Source: Bacteroidia bacterium (GTDB lineage Bacteria > Bacteroidota > Bacteroidia > SpSt-205). From it: DNA of 64,000 nucleotides. The stretch covers positions 17,959 to 81,958 of the forward strand of contig JAOAHZ010000010.1 in the NCBI GenBank assembly GCA_026414975.1, given 5' to 3'. The position numbers and the translations under genes are program-made. Shown one piece after another: positions 36,827 through 44,352 of the stretch. How positions within the stretch are numbered: position 1 is the first letter of the stretch; each line of letters begins with the position of its first letter. The notes under the pieces are model-generated. The model searched no databases. It was not told where the DNA came from and worked only from the letters and a program-made list of their open reading frames with translations.

Positions 36827-37660
36827 GTGCTGACAGAGTTCTTACCCGATATATCGGATGCCGAGTTAGAGCAGTTTATGCAGATCATGCTCACTCAACA
36901 CGGGTATGACTTTCGAGGGTATGCCCCCGCTTCTCTCAAGCGGCGTTTGGGCTTAGTCATTAAGAAGTACGGTTTCACGAGTCTCATCCCTCTCAACCAG
37001 CGACTGCTAACCCAGCCTGAGTATCTTAGGTACTTCATCAACGAGATTACGGTATCCACGACAGAGCTATTTCGAGATCCAGCTGCTTGGGTAGCCTTGC
37101 GCGTACAGGCGCTCCCCCCCTTTTTTGCCCTACCGGAAATACGCATCTGGCATGTGGGAGCTTCCACAGGAGAAGAGGTTATTTCCATGGCCATTCTTCT
37201 TCAAGAGATAGGTCTATATAGCCGAGCCCGTATATTTGCCACAGACATTGATGACATATCCATAGAGAAAGCCAAGAGCGCCCAATATCCCGCTCGAAGC
37301 AGAAACTTATACAAGCAGAACTTTCAAGCGGTATTTCCCACAAGCAGTTTTGAGAAATATGCCCATGAAGAAGGTGGCCATTTAGTGTTTGACCCATCCC
37401 TCTTGAAGAATACACGATTCCTGAAGCATAATATCGTTACGGAAGCAGCCTTTGGAGAGTTTGAAGTTATACTGTGCAGAAACCTCTTGATTTATTTCAC
37501 ACCGCCCCTACAAGATCAAGTCGTTACGAAGCTGGTAGATAGTCTGGTGCCAGGAGGCATACTCATGATAGGTACTAAGGAGTCCCTTTTCTGGTGTTCT
37601 GCTGCTAAGCGCCTTATAGCTGTGAACGACTCTGAACGGATCTACCGAAAGCAGAAATGA
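36827..37660 (+). CDS. cheR: CheR-type protein-glutamate O-methyltransferase
   Basis: TELFRD and IWHVGASTGEEVISMAILL SAM-binding motifs. 277 aa, GTG start. Confidence 0.8.
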   Translation: MLTEFLPDISDAELEQFMQIMLTQHGYDFRGYAPASLKRRLGLVIKKYGFTSLIPLNQRLLTQPEYLRYFINEITVSTTELFRDPAAWVALRVQALPPFFALPEIRIWHVGASTGEEVISMAILLQEIGLYSRARIFATDIDDISIEKAKSAQYPARSRNLYKQNFQAVFPTSSFEKYAHEEGGHLVFDPSLLKNTRFLKHNIVTEAAFGEFEVILCRNLLIYFTPPLQDQVVTKLVDSLVPGGILMIGTKESLFWCSAAKRLIAVNDSERIYRKQK

Positions 37661-38238
37661 TACCCCGGGGACCTGAAGTATTCTTATGGATTATTGGAGG
37701 CTCAGCCGGCAGCTTCAATCCGATTCGTAGCTTCCTTCATCAGATGCCCTATTATCGGGAAGTAGCTATCATTTTATGCTTGCATCGCTTGCGAAATCCC
37801 CGTGTAGGCATGGTAGAAGCTATTGGAGCTTTGAAAGGATGGGAGGTCTCTGAGCCGGATGACAAAACCTACATTCACGGTGGGCATGTTTATATTTCCC
37901 CTGCCGATTACCATCTTCTGGTAGAGGCCACGGGATATCTGAGTCTTTCGGTAGAGGAACCTGTCCATTTTTCTCGCCCAAGCATAGATGTGCTCTTAGA
38001 ATCGGTCGTTCGGGCTCGGTGGAAAAAGGCAGCAGCAGCTTTATTCTCAGGGGCTAATCGGGATGGAGCTCAAGGTATGTACCTCATGCATCAAGCTGGT
38101 CATTTCACAGCCATACAGGACCCCGACGATGCTGAGATTCGTACCATGCCTGAAGCGGCCCTGGCGCTTTTTGAACCCAATGTACGCTTCAAAGCGGCTG
38201 ATTTCGTAAAAGTGTGCTTGCAAGCTATAACTTTGTAA
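37657..38238 (+). CDS. cheB: CheB-type methylesterase, catalytic domain only (no receiver domain)
   Basis: 193 aa. IGGSAGS (nucleophile Ser region), LCLHR, and SGANRDGAQG (Asp). ATGA overlap with cheR. Confidence 0.75.
   Translation: MIPRGPEVFLWIIGGSAGSFNPIRSFLHQMPYYREVAIILCLHRLRNPRVGMVEAIGALKGWEVSEPDDKTYIHGGHVYISPADYHLLVEATGYLSLSVEEPVHFSRPSIDVLLESVVRARWKKAAAALFSGANRDGAQGMYLMHQAGHFTAIQDPDDAEIRTMPEAALALFEPNVRFKAADFVKVCLQAITL
38228..38235 (+). promoter_or_regulatory. -7 box TAACTTTG inside the last codons of cheB, 7 nt before the PEBP ATG (38243)
   Basis: Read directly. Confidence 0.5.
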
Positions 38239-38242
38239 AGGT

Positions 38243-38716
38243 ATGAGCGTGCTGGGGATACTTCTATGGGGACAAATGTGGATAAAGATAGGGGATTATG
38301 CTCCGGGAGCTACGCTGAGCATAGAATACACCTGTGATGGGGGAAATGTACCTCCCCCCATCCACTGGGGCGGTGCCCCTCGAGAAACCCAAGCCTATGT
38401 TCTTCGGATGTATGACCCTGATGCACCGGCCGACACATTCATTCACTGGATAGTCTACAATCTTATGGAGACCCAGACAGGTCATTCTTCTCAGAACCTT
38501 CTACAAGGGTATAATGACTTTGGCAAAGTGGGATATGGAGGCCCCTGCCCACCGCCTAAGGACGGGGCCCATCGCTATGTAGTGGAGGTCTATGCACTCC
38601 AGAAACCCCTGTCCATAAAAGGAGCGGTTACATGGGAGCGCATCCGAAGCGCTATGGTTGGCAAGGTGCTGGATCAGGCTCAAACCTTCGTAGTCTATAA
38701 ACGGCAAAAACCCTAA
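38243..38716 (+). CDS. YbhB/YbcL family Raf-kinase-inhibitor-like (PEBP) protein
   Basis: YDPDAP...FIHW...GYGGPCPP...HRYVVEVYAL PEBP signature. Its own TAACTTTG box lies 7 nt upstream. Confidence 0.8.
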   Translation: MSVLGILLWGQMWIKIGDYAPGATLSIEYTCDGGNVPPPIHWGGAPRETQAYVLRMYDPDAPADTFIHWIVYNLMETQTGHSSQNLLQGYNDFGKVGYGGPCPPPKDGAHRYVVEVYALQKPLSIKGAVTWERIRSAMVGKVLDQAQTFVVYKRQKP

Positions 38717-41451
38717 TGCCGCGTTGGAGCGTTGGTGATTACTTGGGAGTGGGTTTAGCCGTGTTTGTAGGGGCGGTAGGCGTACTGGTCTTGGCTGGAG
38801 TATGGATAATCGCCCAGCGCGACATTGCCCTTGCGGAGAAAGCCGCTCACTGGGAGACTTGGGACCGATTATTCTCCGTGTGGGCATACGGCATGGTGCT
38901 GAGTTTATTCGGGCTATCGGTTGGATTGGCTTTGTGGTGGTGGGCTCGCCTTGCTCGTCCCTTACTCAAGCTGCGAGATAAAATGCGGGGGCTTCTATGG
39001 GAGGGTATAGTTTCACCTCCTATTTCTCACCCTGCCCCGGTAGAAGCTGTCGAAATAGATCAATCCACGGAAGCGATACGAGCAGCATTGAGCTTTTTAG
39101 ATGAAGTAGCTCGGGGAATGCGACAGAGTGCTTCACCAGCGTCCTCCGATTGGCCTCCTATCTTGGGGAAAATAACCAAACAGATTACCCAGGAACTCAG
39201 CGAAGGGCGTCGGATGGGAGCTCTACGAGAAACTCTCCTCCAAGAAGCGCTCAACCTCATGAAGCTGGGCCAGCAAACCCCCTCCGTAGAAGCCTACCTT
39301 GCCAAGGCAGGCCCCACTTTTCTTCAGAGTGTGGGAGCATCTATGGGAGCTTTCTATCGCTTAGAAGGGGAAAACCTTCGTCGTCTGTATAGCTACGCCT
39401 ACCCAGCCCATGGTCCTCAAACATTCGCTTTGGGAGAAGGGTGGATCGGACAGGTTGCTCGCGAGGGAAGAGCCCTGTGGCTCTCTACGCTTCCCCAAGG
39501 TTATCTACAAGCCCTTTCCGGACTGGGCAAAGCTCCACCTCAGGCTGCTGCCGTCCTACCTGTTATCGCTGGGGATAGCATTCGGGGAGTATGGGATGTG
39601 GCGACCTTCACGGAATGGGACTCAGACCAGCGTCTCGTGGCCGAGTTTCTCCTTCCCTTCTTCGCTGTCGGCTACCTCCTAAGAGAAGAAGCCGAGCGCG
39701 AGCGTCACCTCTCAGCGACCTGCATGAGGCTGCAAAATCAGATCACTTCTCTTGAGACCGAATCCGCCCAGCTCAAGGCTCAAGCTGAGCAGCTCCAGCA
39801 TACGCTTCGCCTCCTTGAACAAAAGACCCAAGACGAACGCTCTCACATCCAACAGCTTGAGCGCCAGCTTCTTTCAGCCCGAAGTCGTTGGGACACGATT
39901 GTAAAGCATCTACGTGAGGCCATAGTCTTCTTTGATGCCACAGGGCGGCCACGCTACCTCAGTCCCGCTGTTTCCCAGCTACTTGGCTATTCGGAAGAGG
40001 AGCTGCAAGTATTCTTCCGGCCCGTAGAACGGGCCGATGCTGATATAGTGCGGCAGTATTTTCAGACTCTCCTAAGTCCTACCGCCAACGGCATACCTCA
40101 AATCCTTCGCTTCCGCTACTACCATAAAGACGGGCGTCTGCTCTGGTTAGAAGCCATCGGACGAAACTACCTTACGCAACCCGGCATTGAAGCCGTTTTG
40201 CTGATTTTGCGAGATGTAACAGATGAAATAGAGTACGAGAAGCAATACCGCACACGCCTCAAGTTCCAATCTCTTGTAGAAAACTCTCCTGATATCATCT
40301 TCCGCACCGACCGAGAGGGACGGTTTTTATACGTCAATCCCACAATTGAACGCTATACCGGCTATTCTCCTCAGCATTACATCAGAAATACGATTTACTC
40401 CGTAGGCTTTTCCCTAGATGAGGTTCAGTTCTGGGCGGAATTTATACAAAAGCTCTTTGACACCCTCACCGTACAAGCTGCTGAAATAGATTTTCCCTCT
40501 GTATATGGTGTGCGAAAGATGGCTGTACGTGGCATTCCAGAAGTTGGACCTGACGGCGAAGTAGAAACTATGGTTGTACTGCTGCAAGACATTACAGAGC
40601 TGAGGCAAGCCCAAGAACAGCTTCATTTACAAAACTCGCGATTAGAACAAGCGAGGCGCACCTTGGAAGCGCAAAAGTTAGAGTTAGAAGAAAAAAATCG
40701 AGATATCATGGAAAGCATTACCTATGCTCGGCGGATTCAGGGAGCTCTTTTACCCGGAGAAGAGGGATTGAAGTCGCTCTTCCCTGATAGCTTTGTGCTT
40801 CACTGGCTGCGGGATGTGGTAGGGGGAGATTTTTACTGGTGCGGTGAGGTCCAAGGCCAAAAGATCATCGCTGTAGTCGACTGCACAGGACACGGAGTGC
40901 CAGGGGCCTTCATGACTTTCTTAGGGTATACCCTATTAGAGTCTGCGGTGCGGGAACGAGGTCTCATAGATCCAGCCCAGATTTTGTATTACATGGATAC
41001 TCGGCTGAGAGGACTTTTATCAGGTCAAGAAGCCATGCAAGACGGTATGGACATGGTATTATGCAGCATAGACCCCCAGAGACGCATCGTGCGGTTTGCC
41101 GGGGCTCACCGCCCCCTCCTCGTCTATCAACAAGGGCGATGGAACTTGCTTCCAGGCATGCCCACTGGATTAGGAGGTGCACCATGGCTAGACAAGGTCA
41201 AAAGCTTCTCTACCCATACCTTTTCCTATCAGAGTGGGGATGCTCTCTATCTTTATACAGATGGGTTTTCAGATCAGTTCAGCGCAGATGGGCAGCGCCG
41301 TTACACACACCGACGTTTCAGACAGCTCCTTATGACATGGGCTCATTTACCTATGGCTGAACAACATAAAAAGCTTCTGGAAGAGCTAAGTGGATGGATG
41401 GGGGAAAATCCACCTACAGACGATATCACTGTGGTTGGCTTGCGTTTATGA
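38716..41451 (+). CDS. membrane-bound sensor PP2C (SpoIIE-type) protein phosphatase: 2 TM, GAF-like, coiled coil, 2 PAS, PP2C (SiaA-like role)
   Basis: 911 aa. N-terminal hydrophobic segments, PAS-like blocks (aa about 390-640), and a C-terminal DCTGHGVPGAFMT...YLYTDGFSDQ...DDITVVGLRL SpoIIE/PP2C pattern. The ATG overlaps the PEBP stop (TAATG). Confidence 0.8.
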   Translation: MPRWSVGDYLGVGLAVFVGAVGVLVLAGVWIIAQRDIALAEKAAHWETWDRLFSVWAYGMVLSLFGLSVGLALWWWARLARPLLKLRDKMRGLLWEGIVSPPISHPAPVEAVEIDQSTEAIRAALSFLDEVARGMRQSASPASSDWPPILGKITKQITQELSEGRRMGALRETLLQEALNLMKLGQQTPSVEAYLAKAGPTFLQSVGASMGAFYRLEGENLRRLYSYAYPAHGPQTFALGEGWIGQVAREGRALWLSTLPQGYLQALSGLGKAPPQAAAVLPVIAGDSIRGVWDVATFTEWDSDQRLVAEFLLPFFAVGYLLREEAERERHLSATCMRLQNQITSLETESAQLKAQAEQLQHTLRLLEQKTQDERSHIQQLERQLLSARSRWDTIVKHLREAIVFFDATGRPRYLSPAVSQLLGYSEEELQVFFRPVERADADIVRQYFQTLLSPTANGIPQILRFRYYHKDGRLLWLEAIGRNYLTQPGIEAVLLILRDVTDEIEYEKQYRTRLKFQSLVENSPDIIFRTDREGRFLYVNPTIERYTGYSPQHYIRNTIYSVGFSLDEVQFWAEFIQKLFDTLTVQAAEIDFPSVYGVRKMAVRGIPEVGPDGEVETMVVLLQDITELRQAQEQLHLQNSRLEQARRTLEAQKLELEEKNRDIMESITYARRIQGALLPGEEGLKSLFPDSFVLHWLRDVVGGDFYWCGEVQGQKIIAVVDCTGHGVPGAFMTFLGYTLLESAVRERGLIDPAQILYYMDTRLRGLLSGQEAMQDGMDMVLCSIDPQRRIVRFAGAHRPLLVYQQGRWNLLPGMPTGLGGAPWLDKVKSFSTHTFSYQSGDALYLYTDGFSDQFSADGQRRYTHRRFRQLLMTWAHLPMAEQHKKLLEELSGWMGENPPTDDITVVGLRL

Positions 41452-41459
41452 GGTTTAGT

Positions 41460-41467
41460 TATCTTTG
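41460..41467 (+). promoter_or_regulatory. -7 box TATCTTTG, 8 nt before the SiaB-like-1 ATG (41476)
   Basis: Read directly. Confidence 0.5.
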
Positions 41468-41475
41468 CCACGAAT

Positions 41476-42048
41476 ATGGTTACTGCTGAGTCTGAGTTGT
41501 TGTACAAACCTGCCCTTACTTATACCTATCCGCTCTACAGAAACATGCTAGACAATAGTGTGGTCTTCATGTATCACGGTCCGATAACTACAGACCTGAT
41601 GATAGATGTACTGAATCTTGTAGAATACCGATTAGAGGATGCGGGCGAGCAACGCCGTATTAGCAAAAAGCTCTTCAATATCATGGTAGAATCTTTCGCC
41701 TTAGGAGAAGATAATCGTCGGGCAGGAGCTGTGCTCATAGTGCGACAGCTGCCTTATTTGTACTCAGTGAGCATCGGTCGTCAAGTGGCTAGCAACTCAG
41801 TCCATGAAATCCGCTCCTTCATTGACTGGGTCAATACCCGCACTCCAGATCAACTTCGTGATGCCTACCATACCTTGCTTCAGAATAAATCCTCCTCCCT
41901 CCCTGCTCAAGTCGGTGGAGTACCCTCTATAAGCATATTAGACTTAGCTCGCAAGTCTCATGACCTTCTTCAATACGGATTCGAGTATTTGGACGACCAA
42001 GCGACCTTTTTTTCTCTTGAAGCCCGAATAAAGAAGCTTAATCCATAA
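41476..42048 (+). CDS. SiaB-like partner-switch kinase paralog 1 (ATP-binding motifs degenerate)
   Basis: 190 aa, colinear with paralog 2 (FMYHGPIT/FVYQGEVT; FFSLEARI/FFSLEARV). Has ESFALGEDN where paralog 2 has ECLQNVYHH, and GGVPSISILDLARKS where paralog 2 has GTAGLGMIDIARKS. Confidence 0.5.
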   Translation: MVTAESELLYKPALTYTYPLYRNMLDNSVVFMYHGPITTDLMIDVLNLVEYRLEDAGEQRRISKKLFNIMVESFALGEDNRRAGAVLIVRQLPYLYSVSIGRQVASNSVHEIRSFIDWVNTRTPDQLRDAYHTLLQNKSSSLPAQVGGVPSISILDLARKSHDLLQYGFEYLDDQATFFSLEARIKKLNP

Positions 42049-42437
42049 TGGATATGGAAGCTCTACGGATTGAATCTACACACAAAACACCACGGGTTAT
42101 CTTAGACCCCGAGAATGGTATATTTGAGTTTTCTGGCCGCAGTATTCCGGAGGACTCAGTAGGCTTTTACACCCCCATCTTTGACTGGCTTGATCAGTAT
42201 GCTAAACAGCCGCTACCCATGACCCATGTGCGCTTTGATTTAGAGTACTTCAACACCAGTAGCTCCAAGAATATTCTGGAAGTTCTCAAGCGCTTGGAAG
42301 CTATATATGCGGCCGGCCATGAGGTACGAGTTACATGGTACTATGACGAGGATGATGAGGACATGGAAGAGACAGGTCAAGATTACCAGGCCTTACTCAA
42401 CCTTCCGATAGAGCTCTCCGTCAAAGTCCAATCTTGA
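42048..42437 (+). CDS. DUF1987 (SiaC-like) phosphoprotein paralog 1
   Basis: 129 aa. Contains TPRVILDPENGIFEFSGRSIPED, LEYFNTSSSK and ETGQDYQALL. TAATG overlap with the upstream gene. Confidence 0.65.
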   Translation: MDMEALRIESTHKTPRVILDPENGIFEFSGRSIPEDSVGFYTPIFDWLDQYAKQPLPMTHVRFDLEYFNTSSSKNILEVLKRLEAIYAAGHEVRVTWYYDEDDEDMEETGQDYQALLNLPIELSVKVQS

Positions 42438-43006
42438 AGCCTATGAGCATGACTTATAGCTACTATAAGAACATGCAGCTGAACAACATCATCTTTGTGT
42501 ATCAAGGTGAGGTTACAGCTGACTTAGTTTCATCTATCCTTCAAATGGTAGAGAATAAGCTAGAGGGGGAGGGCGAAGATCGCAAAGTCAAAAAGCGAGT
42601 CTTTAACGTAATGGTTGAGTGTTTACAAAATGTGTACCATCATTTAGATGCGCTGCCTCCAACCGACCCTTCAAATCCGGTCCGGGATAAAACAGCTCTT
42701 CTCATGATTGGACGAGAAGAGAAAGACTACTACATCATCACCGGGAATCATGTCCTGAATGATCGGATTCCGGACCTCAAGGCTCGATTGGACCGTATCA
42801 ATAGGTCTTCCAAAGAAGAGCTAAAGCAGCTATATCAAGAAGTACTCACGGGCACAGGCTTTAGTGAGAAGGGTACGGCAGGTTTGGGCATGATAGATAT
42901 TGCCCGAAAATCGGGGCAACGATTAGGTTATGACTTTCACCCAGTCAATGAGAAATATTCCTTTTTCAGCTTAGAAGCTCGTGTATCTCGTATACCTGAG
43001 AAGTAA
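42434..43006 (+). CDS. SiaB-like partner-switch kinase paralog 2 (GHKL-like N-box and G-box intact)
   Basis: 190 aa. MVECLQNVYHH (E..N..H) and GTAGLGMIDIARKSG. ATGA overlap with the upstream gene. Confidence 0.55.
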   Translation: MKPMSMTYSYYKNMQLNNIIFVYQGEVTADLVSSILQMVENKLEGEGEDRKVKKRVFNVMVECLQNVYHHLDALPPTDPSNPVRDKTALLMIGREEKDYYIITGNHVLNDRIPDLKARLDRINRSSKEELKQLYQEVLTGTGFSEKGTAGLGMIDIARKSGQRLGYDFHPVNEKYSFFSLEARVSRIPEK

Positions 43007-43007
43007 A

Positions 43008-43015
43008 TAACTTTG
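43008..43015 (+). promoter_or_regulatory. -7 box TAACTTTG, 8 nt before the DUF1987-2 ATG (43024)
   Basis: Read directly. Confidence 0.5.
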
Positions 43016-43023
43016 CCCTGCCC

Positions 43024-43398
43024 ATGCGAAATCTTGTCATAGAGCCTACTTCAAAAACGCCCAAGGTCATCTTGAACGCTGACCTGGGCATATTTGAGAT
43101 AACGGGTAGGAGCATACCCGAAGATGCGATTGGATTTTACAGAAAGGTACTGGACTGGATAGAGGAATATAGCAAGTCCCCTTTATCCGAGACCGTCTTC
43201 AAGTTTCAACTGGAGTACTTCAATACCAGTTCTTCTAAGTGTCTCTTGGATATCTTTCGGAAGTTAGAGCGCATGCACAAAAATGGCAACAAGGTGCAGA
43301 TTCGCTGGCATTATGATTCAGATGATGAGGACATGGCAGAAACGGGACAAGATTACCAGGCGCTCTTAGATGTGCCATTTGAGCTGGTACCCGTATGA
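43024..43398 (+). CDS. DUF1987 (SiaC-like) phosphoprotein paralog 2
   Basis: 124 aa. More than half of aligned residues are identical to paralog 1 by eye (LEYFNTSSSK, DDEDM.ETGQDYQALL). Its own TAACTTTG box lies 8 nt upstream. Confidence 0.65.
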   Translation: MRNLVIEPTSKTPKVILNADLGIFEITGRSIPEDAIGFYRKVLDWIEEYSKSPLSETVFKFQLEYFNTSSSKCLLDIFRKLERMHKNGNKVQIRWHYDSDDEDMAETGQDYQALLDVPFELVPV

Positions 43399-43850
43399 AA
43401 GATGAATACTTTGTAGAAGAGACAGCCTTCTTAGAAGAAGCTCGGGCTCGCGCTGAGCGAGGAGGACTTCCCCCTCATGAATGGAGAGAGGCTTACGCTA
43501 AGCTGGTAGAAAACTACGAGAGTCTTCTTAAGGTCGTTCAAGTCCTCACTCACCAGGCGACTCAGTTAGAGTCAAAGTTGGAAAAGGCTCGGGCTCAATT
43601 GGAACTGCAGCGCAAGGCCCTAAGCCACGAAGTAGAGGGTTTAGAGCGTCAGGTACAGTATCAGCAAAGGGAGGTCCATAAAAAAGCTCAAGAGCGAGAC
43701 ATCCTATATGACCGAATGGGACGCACTCGAATGATGCTGATTGTGCTCTTTGCGGTTCTTCTCGTGATTGTAGCCTTTGTAGCCTATTACATTTTCATAG
43801 ACACCGAGCAGATGATTAGGTTTGTGAAAAGTGTCCGTGGGCTCGACTGA
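43395..43850 (+). CDS. coiled-coil protein with C-terminal TM anchor (paralog 1)
   Basis: 151 aa. F.EET.FLEEAR...EW..AY.KLVENYESLL, a heptad-rich middle, and TM MMLIVLFAVLLVIVAFVAYYIFI near the C-terminus. ATGA overlap with the DUF1987 gene. Confidence 0.55.
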   Translation: MKDEYFVEETAFLEEARARAERGGLPPHEWREAYAKLVENYESLLKVVQVLTHQATQLESKLEKARAQLELQRKALSHEVEGLERQVQYQQREVHKKAQERDILYDRMGRTRMMLIVLFAVLLVIVAFVAYYIFIDTEQMIRFVKSVRGLD

Positions 43851-43864
43851 CAAGCCATAATCTG

Positions 43865-43872
43865 TACTTTTG
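43865..43872 (+). promoter_or_regulatory. -7 box TACTTTTG, 6 nt before the ATG at 43879
   Basis: Read directly. Confidence 0.5.
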
Positions 43873-43878
43873 TTGAGT

Positions 43879-44346
43879 ATGACAGCCGCCAGCGGAAATA
43901 GAGACCTGTTCGCTGAAGAGACCCATTTACTCCAAGAAGCCCGTTTGACCCTTGCTCGCTTAGATTTATCGGACGCTGAATGGCAAGACAACTACCGCCG
44001 AATGGTGGAGGAATACGAACGCCTTCTGGGTGAAGCCAGAACGCTCCGTCGTATAGCTGACCGCAACCAGCGCCGTTTAGATGAGATGAATTCTGAGCTT
44101 GAGCGCCAAAACCAACTCCTCCGAGAGAAAGAAGAAGAGGTCAAGAAGACCCAACAGGCTATCATCCATAACTATCAGCGCATTTCGGAAGAGCAGTCTA
44201 TCATTGATAGGCGAGTCGGACGGATTCAGATAGTTCTGGTCGTTATGATTGCTGTGCTGACCGTTCTAATCCTTTTTATGCTGTACTACTTGATATTTGA
44301 TCCTATTCGGGCGATTGAGCTGATGGAGTCTATCAAGAAACCTTGA
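43879..44346 (+). CDS. coiled-coil protein with C-terminal TM anchor (paralog 2)
   Basis: Same architecture as paralog 1: FAEETHLLQEAR...EW.DNYRRMVEEYERLL, a coiled coil, and TM IVLVVMIAVLTVLILFMLYYLIF. The ATG at 43879 lies 6 nt after TACTTTTG; the track starts at the TTG at 43870, inside the box. Confidence 0.55.
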   Translation: MTAASGNRDLFAEETHLLQEARLTLARLDLSDAEWQDNYRRMVEEYERLLGEARTLRRIADRNQRRLDEMNSELERQNQLLREKEEEVKKTQQAIIHNYQRISEEQSIIDRRVGRIQIVLVVMIAVLTVLILFMLYYLIFDPIRAIELMESIKKP

Positions 44347-44352
44347 TCCAGA

